DNA of 64,000 nt, taken from the NCBI GenBank assembly GCA_023140385.1, contig JAGLLT010000002.1, forward strand, positions 24,295 to 88,294, read 5' to 3'. The notes under the pieces are model-generated. The model saw nothing but the letters and a program-made list of their open reading frames with translations. It made no database searches and was not told where the DNA came from. Positions 44,785 through 53,593 of the stretch are shown here, piece after piece (position 1 is the first letter of the stretch; every line of letters starts with the position of its first letter). The position numbers and the translations under genes were made by a program. This stretch comes from Candidatus Omnitrophota bacterium. GTDB lineage: Bacteria > Omnitrophota > Gorgyraeia > JAGLLT01.

Positions 44785-45902
44785 AATCTATACCATTGCT
44801 TGATTTACAAAAACAATATTTGAGTATAAAAAAAGAAATTAAAGGCTCAATTGATGAAGTGTTTAATAAGGGTAGATTTATTTTAGGTGATAATGTATGT
44901 AAGTTGGAGGAAGAAATAGCGCGCTATTGCGGCGCGAAACACGCGGTTGGTGTCGCTTCCGGAACAGACGCTTTAGAACTGTCATTAGCAGCATTGAATA
45001 TAGGCAGGGGAGATGAAGTTATAACGACACCCTATACTTTTGTGGCAACAACCGAATCAATTTGCAAAGTTGGCGCAAGACCCGTTTTTGTAGATATTGA
45101 CGAAAAAACATACAATATTGACCCGCGTAAAGTTGAAAAAAAAATAAATAAAAAAACAAAAGCCATAATACCGGTTCATTTATATGGACAAACCTGCGAT
45201 ATGGCCCCAATAATGAAATTAGCAAGAAAATATAATTTAAGAGTTATAGAAGACACCGCTCAATCAATGGGAGCTGAATATAAAGGAAAAAAAGCCGGCT
45301 CTTTTGGGGACACCGGAACCTTTAGCTTTTTTCCAAGCAAAAATTTAGGCGGTTATGGAGATGGAGGCATGATAATAACTAACAATAGAAAGATTTATAA
45401 TACACTTCGTAATCTCAGATCGCACGGATGCAAAAAGAAATACTACCATCTTATCAATGGATATAATAGCCGTTTGGACGAAATTCAGGCGGCTGTATTA
45501 AGGGTAAAGCTGCGATATTTAGGTGATTGGAACGATGCTCGAGAGAAAAATGCTCAGTATTATAACTTACTTTTTAAAGATTTGACTGATAAATGTATAA
45601 TTCCTTTTAAACCTGAAGAAAATAAGCATGTTTATTGCCTATATACAATCCGAGCTTCCTTGAGAAATAAATTGAGCGTTTATCTTAAAACGAAAAGTAT
45701 TTCAAGCGCGATATATTACCCCATTCCGCTGCATTTGCAAAAAGTTTATAAATATTTAGATTACAAAAAAGGCAGCATGCCTGTAAGTGAAAAGGTTTCA
45801 AGGGATATTTTATCTTTACCTATGTATCCTGAATTGACTAAAAGCGAACAAGAAAGAGTTGTAACAGAAATAGCTAATTTTTACAGAAAGGCAGCCAAAT
45901 GA
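44781..45902 (+). CDS. DegT/DnrJ/EryC1-family PLP-dependent sugar aminotransferase (WbpE/WlbC-like)
   Basis: 'IPLLDLQKQY', 'AVGVASGTDALELSL' and 'FSFFPSKNLGGYGDGGMIITNN'. The likely start is GTG 44781 (RBS 'aggag' 6 nt upstream). The ORF track ATG at 44766 would overlap the acetyltransferase. Confidence 0.9.
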   Translation: MKSIPLLDLQKQYLSIKKEIKGSIDEVFNKGRFILGDNVCKLEEEIARYCGAKHAVGVASGTDALELSLAALNIGRGDEVITTPYTFVATTESICKVGARPVFVDIDEKTYNIDPRKVEKKINKKTKAIIPVHLYGQTCDMAPIMKLARKYNLRVIEDTAQSMGAEYKGKKAGSFGDTGTFSFFPSKNLGGYGDGGMIITNNRKIYNTLRNLRSHGCKKKYYHLINGYNSRLDEIQAAVLRVKLRYLGDWNDAREKNAQYYNLLFKDLTDKCIIPFKPEENKHVYCLYTIRASLRNKLSVYLKTKSISSAIYYPIPLHLQKVYKYLDYKKGSMPVSEKVSRDILSLPMYPELTKSEQERVVTEIANFYRKAAK

Positions 45903-46867
45903 CAGTAAAAAATAAAATAATATTTATTAGTGGAGGCGCCGGTTTTATAGGCACACACTTGACTCAACGACTGGCCAGTAATAACAAGATTATTATATAT
46001 GATAATTTCCATAGAGATGCTCTATCCAAATCCAGCATTTTTTCACATAAAAATGTTGAAATTATCAACGGTGATATTTTAGATCTGGAATTATTGAAAA
46101 AATCATTGCCTAAAGCTGATTATATTATACACCTGGCCGCTATTGCCGGCATAGACTCTGTTGTAAAAGATCCGGTTAAAACAATTGAAATAAATGCTAT
46201 CGGAACATATTATATGCTTGAAGCGGCAAAAAGATTGAAATGTTTAAAAAGATTTCTATATTTTTCAACGAGTGAAGTATTTGGATCAAAAGCGTATCAG
46301 GTCACAGAGGACGATGATGCCGTTTTGGGCAAAGTAGGTGAACCAAGATGGGTATATGCTACAGGAAAATTCTTTAGTGAACATATGATAGCGGCCTACG
46401 CCAAAAAGTATAAAATGCCCTATTCCATTATAAGGCCCTTTAATGTTTACGGCCCGCAGCAGGTTGGTGAGGGGGCTGTCCAGGTATTTATTAAAAAGGC
46501 TTTGCGCGATGAAAATATAAAAATTATCGGTGATGGCGGCCAAATACGGACATGGACATATATAGATGATTTATTAGAAGGTGTTTTTTTGTGCCTAACA
46601 AAAAAGACATCTAAAAACCAGGTATTTAATATAGCTAACGCTCAATCTCAAATTACTATTTTGAATTTAGCTAAAAAAATCATAAGCTTAGCGCGTTCAA
46701 AATCGAAAACTATACATCTTCCGCAAAAAGAAGTAGATGTTTATTTAAGAGTGCCTAAAATAGATAAGGCAATAAAGCTACTGGGCTTTAAACCTAAGGT
46801 TGACTTAGAGGATGGCCTGGCGCGGACAATTAAATGGTTTAGAAAAAACGCGAAACAATTTGTGTAA
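45899..46867 (+). CDS. Extended SDR NAD-dependent epimerase/dehydratase (UXS/ArnA-DH-like)
   Basis: 'IIFISGGAGFIGTHL', 'FSTSEVFG', 'PRWVYATGKFFSE' (YxxxK) and 'RPFNVYGP'. Confidence 0.8.
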   Translation: MTVKNKIIFISGGAGFIGTHLTQRLASNNKIIIYDNFHRDALSKSSIFSHKNVEIINGDILDLELLKKSLPKADYIIHLAAIAGIDSVVKDPVKTIEINAIGTYYMLEAAKRLKCLKRFLYFSTSEVFGSKAYQVTEDDDAVLGKVGEPRWVYATGKFFSEHMIAAYAKKYKMPYSIIRPFNVYGPQQVGEGAVQVFIKKALRDENIKIIGDGGQIRTWTYIDDLLEGVFLCLTKKTSKNQVFNIANAQSQITILNLAKKIISLARSKSKTIHLPQKEVDVYLRVPKIDKAIKLLGFKPKVDLEDGLARTIKWFRKNAKQFV

Positions 46868-46884
46868 GGAGGATAATAATAAAT

Positions 46885-47655
46885 ATGAAGAAAATATCTG
46901 ATTATTGGGACAAAAAAGCTAAGCAATTAAAGCAGGACCCCGCGGCTACAATGGGCGATGTTTGCTTGCGGGAATTAGAAATTAATTCGATTGTAAGACA
47001 ATTAAAAAAGACCGATGAAGTGCTTGATGTTGGCTGCGGTAACGGATTTACGACTGCTATATGCGCGGAAAAAGTAAAGAGTATAATCGGTATTGATTTT
47101 TCAGAAGAGATGATTAATCAGTCAAATCAAGTAATGAATTCTCTAAAAAAGAAGTTAAAGAACATAAAATTTCGCCAAATGGATATATTAAATCTTGAAT
47201 TTGAAAAAAATAGTTTTGATGCCGCGATAAGCGAAAGGTGTCTAATTAATGTCCAAAGTTGGCAAAACCAAAAAAAAGCTTTACTGCAGTTAAAGAAGGT
47301 CATTAAACCAAAAGGATTTCTTTTAATGATAGAAGGTACAACGCAGGGCTTAGCATGCTTGAATAAAGCCAGAAAAAAAATTGGTTTACACGAAATAAAA
47401 AAACATTGGCACAATGTTTTATTTGATAAAAAATTATTTAACAGATTCATTAAACGACACTTTAAAGTAATTGATATTCAATCTTTTGGATCTTATTATT
47501 TCATTTCCCGAATAGTTCATCCATTATTAGTCATGCCAAAAGAACCGCGATTTAAAGCGAAAATTAATCAAATAGCACGGAAGATAGCTTTGGAGATGCC
47601 CGCTTTTAATGATATTTCTATCAATAATCTTTACATACTACAACCAAAAAAATAA
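46885..47655 (+). CDS. Class I SAM-dependent methyltransferase
   Basis: 'VLDVGCGNGFTT' is motif I. 'FDAAISERCLINV' and 'IKPKGFLLMIEG' follow. Confidence 0.75.
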   Translation: MKKISDYWDKKAKQLKQDPAATMGDVCLRELEINSIVRQLKKTDEVLDVGCGNGFTTAICAEKVKSIIGIDFSEEMINQSNQVMNSLKKKLKNIKFRQMDILNLEFEKNSFDAAISERCLINVQSWQNQKKALLQLKKVIKPKGFLLMIEGTTQGLACLNKARKKIGLHEIKKHWHNVLFDKKLFNRFIKRHFKVIDIQSFGSYYFISRIVHPLLVMPKEPRFKAKINQIARKIALEMPAFNDISINNLYILQPKK

Positions 47656-47676
47656 TTTATTCCGGATAATATAGCT

Positions 47677-48222
47677 ATGAAACTTATTTTTTTAGACAGG
47701 GACGGTGTAATAAATAAAGATACCCAGGGTTACGTGGCAAGCTGTGAAGAGTTTGAATTTATTCCCGGCTCTCTTGAAGCCATATTAAAGCTTAACACGA
47801 GCGGATATGAGATAAATATTATTTCTAATCAGGCAGGCATAGCCAAGGGCATCTATTCGGTAGAGGATCTCGAAAAAGTTAATAATAAAATGATGCGCGA
47901 GATCGAGAAGGTAGGTGGAAAAATAAATTCAGCTCAATATTGTATCCACGAGGACGAAGATAACTGCTTATGCCGTAAGCCGGCAACGGGTATGTTTAAA
48001 AAAGCGGTTAAAGGGCGCGATGTTGAATTTATGAAGTGTTACTTTATCGGGGATAAGATAAGCGATATTGCGGCCGGCAGGGCGATAGGCTGTAAGACGA
48101 TTTTGGTTTTATCAGGTAAGACAAAAAAAGAGGACGTTGCCTGCTGGAAAATTAAACCGGACTACATAAAAGAAAACCTGAAAGAGTCGGTTGACTGGAT
48201 ACTGCGTAAGGAAAAGAAATGA
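47677..48222 (+). CDS. HAD-IIIA phosphatase, GmhB (D,D-heptose-1,7-bisphosphate phosphatase)-like
   Basis: 'IFLDRDGVIN' is the DxDGT-type motif I. The zinc-binding 'C...HEDEDNCLCRKP' is typical of GmhB/HisB-N. 'IGDKISDIAAGRAIGC' is motif III. Confidence 0.75.
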   Translation: MKLIFLDRDGVINKDTQGYVASCEEFEFIPGSLEAILKLNTSGYEINIISNQAGIAKGIYSVEDLEKVNNKMMREIEKVGGKINSAQYCIHEDEDNCLCRKPATGMFKKAVKGRDVEFMKCYFIGDKISDIAAGRAIGCKTILVLSGKTKKEDVACWKIKPDYIKENLKESVDWILRKEKK

Positions 48223-49349
48223 AAATTTTAATTGTCTATGCTTCTGCCGGGGTTGGCCACAAGAAAGCGGCTGAGGCGGCCTATGAAGCCTTTAGCAAGG
48301 ATAAAGCCGGTTGTGAAGTTAAATTAGCCGATATACTGGACTACACTAATTCGGTAGTAAAGCGCGCCTATCCGGCTCTTTATCTTTTTACCATAAAGTA
48401 TATTCCCTCTGTCTGGGGGCTTATCTTTAAAATTACCAATAACAGAAAGTTTTACAAAATAATAATACCGCTAAAACTCCTGCTTGAGAGGCTGAACAGC
48501 CCGCGTTTTCAGGAGTATCTAAAAAAGGAAAAATTTGATGTTATTATATCTACCCATTTTTACTCATCGGCTATAGCAGGGATTTTAAAAAGAGTTAAAG
48601 CTATTAATAGTAAACTGATTACCGTTGTAACCGATTACCTGGTGCACTCATTCTGGCTGACGGCCGAAAATGACTATTTTGTTGTAGCTTCATCTAAAGC
48701 CCGGGAAGAGCTTTTAAGGGATGGGATAGCCGATGAAAAGATAAAGGTTCTGGGTATTCCTGTCGGAGGGAAGTTTCTGCTTAAGAAGGATAGCGCCCGG
48801 ATAAAAGATAAGCTTAACCTGCGGCCGAAAAAAATAACCATGCTGATTATGGGAGGCGGTTTTGGTGTAGGGCCCTACGAATATCTTTTGAAAGAGCTTT
48901 CACCTTTTAGTGAAAAGGTGGAGTTAATCTTTGTCTGCGGCTATAACGAAGGGCTTTATAAGAAGCTTAAGCTTCTTTCGGCCGCGCTCAAGACTGATGC
49001 CAAAATATTTAAGTACGTTGACAATATAGATGAGCTGATGGAGGCAAGCGACATACTTGTTAGCAAAGCCGGCGGCATAACTGTGAGTGAAGCCTTGGTT
49101 AAAGGAGTTCCTATACTGGCTATCAGGCCTATACCGGGGCAGGAAGAGTCAAATGCCAGGCTTATGCAGGAGCTAAAGGTTTTAAAAAACACCTCCAATA
49201 AGGAGGAAGCTCTCAGCTTTTTAAAAAACGTAATTGAAGAGCCGGATATCCTGGAAAAGATGAAAGAAAACGCCGGCCGGGCAGCCCGGCCAAAAGCGGC
49301 AGAGGAGTTGGTTAATCTTGCGGGAAGAATTGAGCGGGACTATAAATAA
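48219..49349 (+). CDS. GT28-family glycosyltransferase (MGDG synthase/UgtP/MurG-like)
   Basis: N-terminal 'KILIVYASAGVGHKKAAEAAYEAF' is the MGDG_synth-type G-loop. The C-terminal GT-B half is 'LIMGGGFGVGP...VSKAGGITVSEALVKGVPIL'. Confidence 0.7.
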   Translation: MKILIVYASAGVGHKKAAEAAYEAFSKDKAGCEVKLADILDYTNSVVKRAYPALYLFTIKYIPSVWGLIFKITNNRKFYKIIIPLKLLLERLNSPRFQEYLKKEKFDVIISTHFYSSAIAGILKRVKAINSKLITVVTDYLVHSFWLTAENDYFVVASSKAREELLRDGIADEKIKVLGIPVGGKFLLKKDSARIKDKLNLRPKKITMLIMGGGFGVGPYEYLLKELSPFSEKVELIFVCGYNEGLYKKLKLLSAALKTDAKIFKYVDNIDELMEASDILVSKAGGITVSEALVKGVPILAIRPIPGQEESNARLMQELKVLKNTSNKEEALSFLKNVIEEPDILEKMKENAGRAARPKAAEELVNLAGRIERDYK

Positions 49350-50007
49350 GATAAAGCTATTGATTGAGACTGATGTTAATCTGGGTATAGATGAGTATTA
49401 TCTTATGGATAATGATTCAAGAGCTCTTAAGGTACGGCGGCTTGAGGAGTTGAGGGGCGAGGTCTTGAAGTGCCGGAAGTGCGCCCTTTCTAAAACCAGG
49501 AATAACGTGGTTTTTGGTGAAGGTGATCCGGATGCTGACTTACTCTTTGTCGGAGAGGCTCCCGGTAGGGACGAGGATTTGGCGGGCCGGCCCTTTGTCG
49601 GCCGCGCGGGAAAGCTTCTCACTAAAATTATAAATGCTATGGGGCTTACCAGAGAAAAGGTTTTTATTGCCAACATCTTAAAGGACAGGCCTCCCGCTAA
49701 CAGAAATCCCAAAGAGGAGGAGATTGACGCCTGCCGGGGATATCTGTTACGCCAAATTGAAATCATTGAACCAAAAGTAATCTGTGCTCTGGGAACTTTT
49801 GCCGCTCAGGTATTACTGAAGGTGGATACTCCAATCTCAAGGCTCAGAGGCAAATTCTACGATTACCATAATATCAAATTTATGCCCACCTATCATCCAG
49901 CTTATCTGCTTCGTAACTCTGAAGGTAAAAAGCCGGTCTGGGAAGATATGAAAAAGATAATGAACGAACTCGGCCTTAAAAACAATGATAGCTCAAGTTG
50001 TAGTTAA
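49318..50007 (+). CDS. Family 4 uracil-DNA glycosylase (Fe-S type)
   Basis: 'CRKCALSKTRNNVVFGEGDPDADLLFVGEAPGRDEDLAGRPFVGRAGKLL' carries the family-4 motifs A and B. 'HPAYLLRN' is present. The annotated start overlaps the GT28 gene by 32 nt; the true start may be further downstream (for example the ATG at 49405). Confidence 0.85.
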   Translation: MREELSGTINKIKLLIETDVNLGIDEYYLMDNDSRALKVRRLEELRGEVLKCRKCALSKTRNNVVFGEGDPDADLLFVGEAPGRDEDLAGRPFVGRAGKLLTKIINAMGLTREKVFIANILKDRPPANRNPKEEEIDACRGYLLRQIEIIEPKVICALGTFAAQVLLKVDTPISRLRGKFYDYHNIKFMPTYHPAYLLRNSEGKKPVWEDMKKIMNELGLKNNDSSSCS

Positions 50008-51982
50008 CAGGCCATTAAGAAAAGTCTTTGATTATGAAGTTCCCGCGGAGTTTCTTAATCTCTTAAAAATAGGCCATAGAGTTGAGATTATTTTCGCCGG
50101 TGTCCGCTTGGCCGGTTATGTAGTGGGTTTAAAGAAAGAGAGCCGGATAAAAAATTTAAGAAAAATTGAAAAGATTATTGACGAGGATCATCCTTTTAAC
50201 TCCAGACTGCTTACTGTCACCAGAGAAGTTGCCCGCTATTATCTTTGCGGCTGGGGAGAGGTGCTGGAGGCGGCTCGAGGCGTATGTTACAGCGGCAAAA
50301 AAATTAAATTAAAACCGGATGAACCGTTTCATAGGCAGGCCGGTCTTCATAAAAAACTTAAGACCACGGATTTAAAAGACACGCATAAAAAAGAACGCGA
50401 AGATATAATAGGCAAAATATCCGGGGGAGAATTTGAAGCCTTCCTTTACCAGCCGTCAAACCCGAAAGAAAAGATAGATTTTTATCTTCGGTTAATTCGC
50501 GAAATTTTAAGGTTGAAGAAAAGCATTATGCTTTTGGTGCCGGAGATTATGGCGGCAGACAGTATGCTTAAAAGACTGGAGCTAATTTGCCCCGAAGAGA
50601 CGGTGATGCTCCATAGCCGGCTTACGCAAAGGGAAAAAGATTATAATCTGCGCTTATTAAAAGAGCAAAAGGCGCGCCTTGTTATCGGTACGCGCTCGGC
50701 CATATTTGCTCCGCTAAACAATTTAGGCCTGATAATCGTTGATGAAGAAGAGTCAGGGCTTTTTAAAAAGCCTGACGCGCCCAAATTCAACGCTCAAAAA
50801 GCCGCCTTAATAAGGGCGGAGGTTGAATGTTGCCCCATTGTTCTATCCAGCCTGACGCCTTCCGTAGAGTCGTATTACTACGCCGCGAAGAAAAAATATA
50901 TTTTTATCGGAGAAAAAGAAAAAGCGCCTGTTTCTTCAAAGAGGGCGGTTATCGTAAACTTAAGAGATGAAGAGGATATCTACCGGAAAAAGAACCTTCT
51001 CTCATTTACTCTGAGAGAAAAGATTGAGAAGTCGTTAAAAAATAAAAAGAGTGTTGTTCTTTTATATAATCGCCGGGGTTTTTCAACCTTTGTCAGATGT
51101 AGTAAGTGCGGTTATAGCGCCGCTTGTCCCAAGTGCCGGATGAACTTGATTTATCATTACGACAAGAAAAAACTTCTCTGCCATTATTGCGGTTATAAGG
51201 CGGAGCCTCCAAAGCTATGTCCGGAGTGCAAAGGTTCTTACATTAAATATTCAGGCTTTGGCACGGAGAAGTTTGAGAGCGTTTTAAGACGTCTATATCC
51301 GGCGAGCAGAGTAGAGCGCCTTGATGTTGATACCGCCCGCCCAAAAGGCCGGAGGCAGAAAATTTTATCCAGCTACAATAAAGGGGATATTGATATTCTT
51401 ATCGGAACCAGGATTTTATCAAGAGGGGTTGATTTCAAAAATACCGGCCTGATAGGAATAATATCGGCTGATACTTTTATGCAGACAACTGATTTCAGGG
51501 GGCAGGAAAAGCTATTCAGACTTCTTTTTATGATAATAAATCGGGCTGCTTCTATGAAAGAAATTGAGATAGTTGTTCAGACTTTTTTGCCGACTCATTT
51601 TGTTATAAGGGACGCCGTTAAAATGGACCGCGCGGGATTTTACGAGCGAGAGTTAAGAGAAAGAGAGGAGCTGGAACTTCCTCCTTTTTATCACTTTAAT
51701 TGTATAAACCTACGCGGCAAAGATGAAGAGAAACTTATCAGGAAAATTAAAGAATTAAATAAGATTATCCTGCAGGAGGTGAAGAATTACAAAAACCTGA
51801 GTGTGATTGAAGCTGATCCGCTTAATATTATAAAGCAAAGAGGAAGTTACAGGCAGAATATAATTTTAAAAGGGAAAAAATTAACCGATATCTACGAAGT
51901 GATTAACAAAGGCCTTAAACTTTTTAAAAAGGGTTCTGATATTTTTGTAACTGTGGATATTGACAGCTTGGAGTACGCTTGA
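49985..51982 (+). CDS. priA: Primosomal protein N' (PriA) homolog with degenerate Walker A and DExH motifs
   Basis: N-terminal 3'-end-binding-like region. The helicase core is aligned by 'LLVPEI' and 'VIGTRSAIF'. The Cys-rich Zn domain is 'CSKCGYSAACPKCRMNLIYHYDKKKLLCHYCGYKAEPPKLCPEC'. In place of GxGKT the sequence is 'YQPSNPKEK'. In place of DEEH it is 'DEEES'. Confidence 0.8.
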   Translation: MIAQVVVNRPLRKVFDYEVPAEFLNLLKIGHRVEIIFAGVRLAGYVVGLKKESRIKNLRKIEKIIDEDHPFNSRLLTVTREVARYYLCGWGEVLEAARGVCYSGKKIKLKPDEPFHRQAGLHKKLKTTDLKDTHKKEREDIIGKISGGEFEAFLYQPSNPKEKIDFYLRLIREILRLKKSIMLLVPEIMAADSMLKRLELICPEETVMLHSRLTQREKDYNLRLLKEQKARLVIGTRSAIFAPLNNLGLIIVDEEESGLFKKPDAPKFNAQKAALIRAEVECCPIVLSSLTPSVESYYYAAKKKYIFIGEKEKAPVSSKRAVIVNLRDEEDIYRKKNLLSFTLREKIEKSLKNKKSVVLLYNRRGFSTFVRCSKCGYSAACPKCRMNLIYHYDKKKLLCHYCGYKAEPPKLCPECKGSYIKYSGFGTEKFESVLRRLYPASRVERLDVDTARPKGRRQKILSSYNKGDIDILIGTRILSRGVDFKNTGLIGIISADTFMQTTDFRGQEKLFRLLFMIINRAASMKEIEIVVQTFLPTHFVIRDAVKMDRAGFYERELREREELELPPFYHFNCINLRGKDEEKLIRKIKELNKIILQEVKNYKNLSVIEADPLNIIKQRGSYRQNIILKGKKLTDIYEVINKGLKLFKKGSDIFVTVDIDSLEYA

Positions 51983-52017
51983 TGAGGTCTGGCGGCAGAA
52001 CAGCCGCGGGAGGCCAT

Positions 52018-53427
52018 TTAGTGTTTCTCTTTATTGCGATAGGCCTGTTCGATTTTTTGAGATACGTCTTTATAGTTTATGTCGACTTCGTAGATTTTCT
52101 TAAACTCATTTATAGCTTCAGAAAATTGCTCCATCGTTTCATAGGCGCATCCCAGATTATAAATTATATCTTTGGTTTTATCCGAAATCTCAGGAGTCAG
52201 GGAAAGAGCCTTTTTAAACTGGGTAATGGCCAAATCAAGCATATTCTTTTCTTTGAAGCACAGCCCCAGCATATTTAGCGAAGCACTTCTGCGGCCGGGG
52301 TCTTTTACAGATTCCTGAAACTGGCCGATGGCTTCATCAAACACACCTTTTTCTTTAAGTAAAAGCCCGTATTTGTAGCGAAGAGACATATCATTGGGTA
52401 GCTTTGCAACGCTTTCTTTTATTCGTTCAAAGTGGATATCGTTTTTACATTTTTCCAGCTCGTCAATTTTTTCCTTAAATGCCCGGTTTTCAGGGTCATC
52501 GGCTTGATTTTGCTTAAGGCGTGAGAGCTCTTTTTCAATTTTTTTTATTTTAAGACTTTCAATATTCCTTAAGGCTACTTCATTATTAGGTTTAAAAGAG
52601 AGAATTTTTGTATATAGTTCATTAGCTTCATCAAAAAACTTTTTAACTTTATAGTAGTCCGCCAATCTGAATAACATAGAGGTATTTTCAGGGTCGCCTT
52701 TCAGTTTTTCTTTGAGGTTTTGAATAAGGTAATCAATGTCTTCATCGCTCTTAGCTATTCTTGCTTCTTTTTCGAGTTTACTTGCTTCATCTTTATCCTG
52801 AATTTTGCTTCTGAAGGTATCCTGATCCGCCCAGCCGTCTTTTTCTATCGTTTTTAAAGCTGCCAGGTCCTTTAAGCCTTTTTGAACATCCGCGTCATTA
52901 GAAGATAGTTGGTGTGCTCTTAAGTAGTAACTTTGTGATTTATTAAAATCTTCCTTATCTTTATACAGCATGCCTAACTTTTTGAGCGCTTCAAGGTTGT
53001 TTTCATCCAGGCTCAAGCCTTCCTGATAGGTTTTTAGGGCGCTTTCTTTCATTTCCAGATTTAAGAATACTGCCCCCAGCTTAATGAATATTTTGGCGTT
53101 TAGCGGGTCAAAACTTAGAGCTTTTTCGTACTCTTCGAGGGCTTCATTCATCTTGCCGCGCAGCTCTAACTTTTTCGCGTTTAGCATATAGGTTTGCGCT
53201 TTTACTTTGTTCGCGCCGGCGCTAAGAAAGGAGGGAGGATTTTCCTGGAATTTTTTCATCTTGGTCAGGTGGAGGAAGTGGCGAGTATCAGCCAGTTTTA
53301 CGTCTAACAAGAGAGCATGGCTGAAGAGTTCAACGGCGTAATCGTAATTACGCCTTCTAAAAGCCTCCTCGCCCTTTTTTACGTATTGTTCTATCTCTTT
53401 TGGCAGTGCCTTTTCATTTTCACTCAT
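52018..53427 (-). CDS. Tetratricopeptide-repeat (TPR) protein
   Basis: Multiple 34-aa repeats with the W-LG-Y / A-F-A-P pattern ('AIGQFQESVKDP...', 'ALEEYEKALSFDPLNAKIF'). It is convergent with priA. Confidence 0.8.
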   Translation of the reverse strand: MSENEKALPKEIEQYVKKGEEAFRRRNYDYAVELFSHALLLDVKLADTRHFLHLTKMKKFQENPPSFLSAGANKVKAQTYMLNAKKLELRGKMNEALEEYEKALSFDPLNAKIFIKLGAVFLNLEMKESALKTYQEGLSLDENNLEALKKLGMLYKDKEDFNKSQSYYLRAHQLSSNDADVQKGLKDLAALKTIEKDGWADQDTFRSKIQDKDEASKLEKEARIAKSDEDIDYLIQNLKEKLKGDPENTSMLFRLADYYKVKKFFDEANELYTKILSFKPNNEVALRNIESLKIKKIEKELSRLKQNQADDPENRAFKEKIDELEKCKNDIHFERIKESVAKLPNDMSLRYKYGLLLKEKGVFDEAIGQFQESVKDPGRRSASLNMLGLCFKEKNMLDLAITQFKKALSLTPEISDKTKDIIYNLGCAYETMEQFSEAINEFKKIYEVDINYKDVSQKIEQAYRNKEKH

Positions 53428-53516
53428 TCCAAAACTCCCTTTTTCTTAGGCTGACCATATTATAAATTACCACCCGCCCTTTGTCAATAAAAGAAAAAAA
53501 GAGGCGGATTTATTTT

Positions 53517-53545
53517 TTGACTTTAGGGTTTATTCTTGATATACT
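53517..53545 (+). promoter_or_regulatory. Sigma70-like promoter for fmt (-35 TTGACT, 17-nt spacer, -10 TATACT)
   Basis: It sits in the divergent 166-bp intergenic region, about 50 nt upstream of the fmt ATG. Confidence 0.5.
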
Positions 53546-53593
53546 CATCCTGAACGGGAAAAGCGTAAAGTGTAAAAATTCCCCCCTTGGAGA

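Noticed and set aside
51992-52007. GCGGC-agaaca-GCCGC hairpin between convergent priA and TPR genes
   Set aside because: It is only a 5-bp stem with no U-tract on either strand, so it is too weak to call a terminator confidently.
51979-52278. Plus-strand 99-aa ORF overlapping the 3' end of the TPR gene
   Set aside because: It is antisense to a well-supported TPR protein, has no RBS or motifs, and its translation is hydrophobic and low-complexity.
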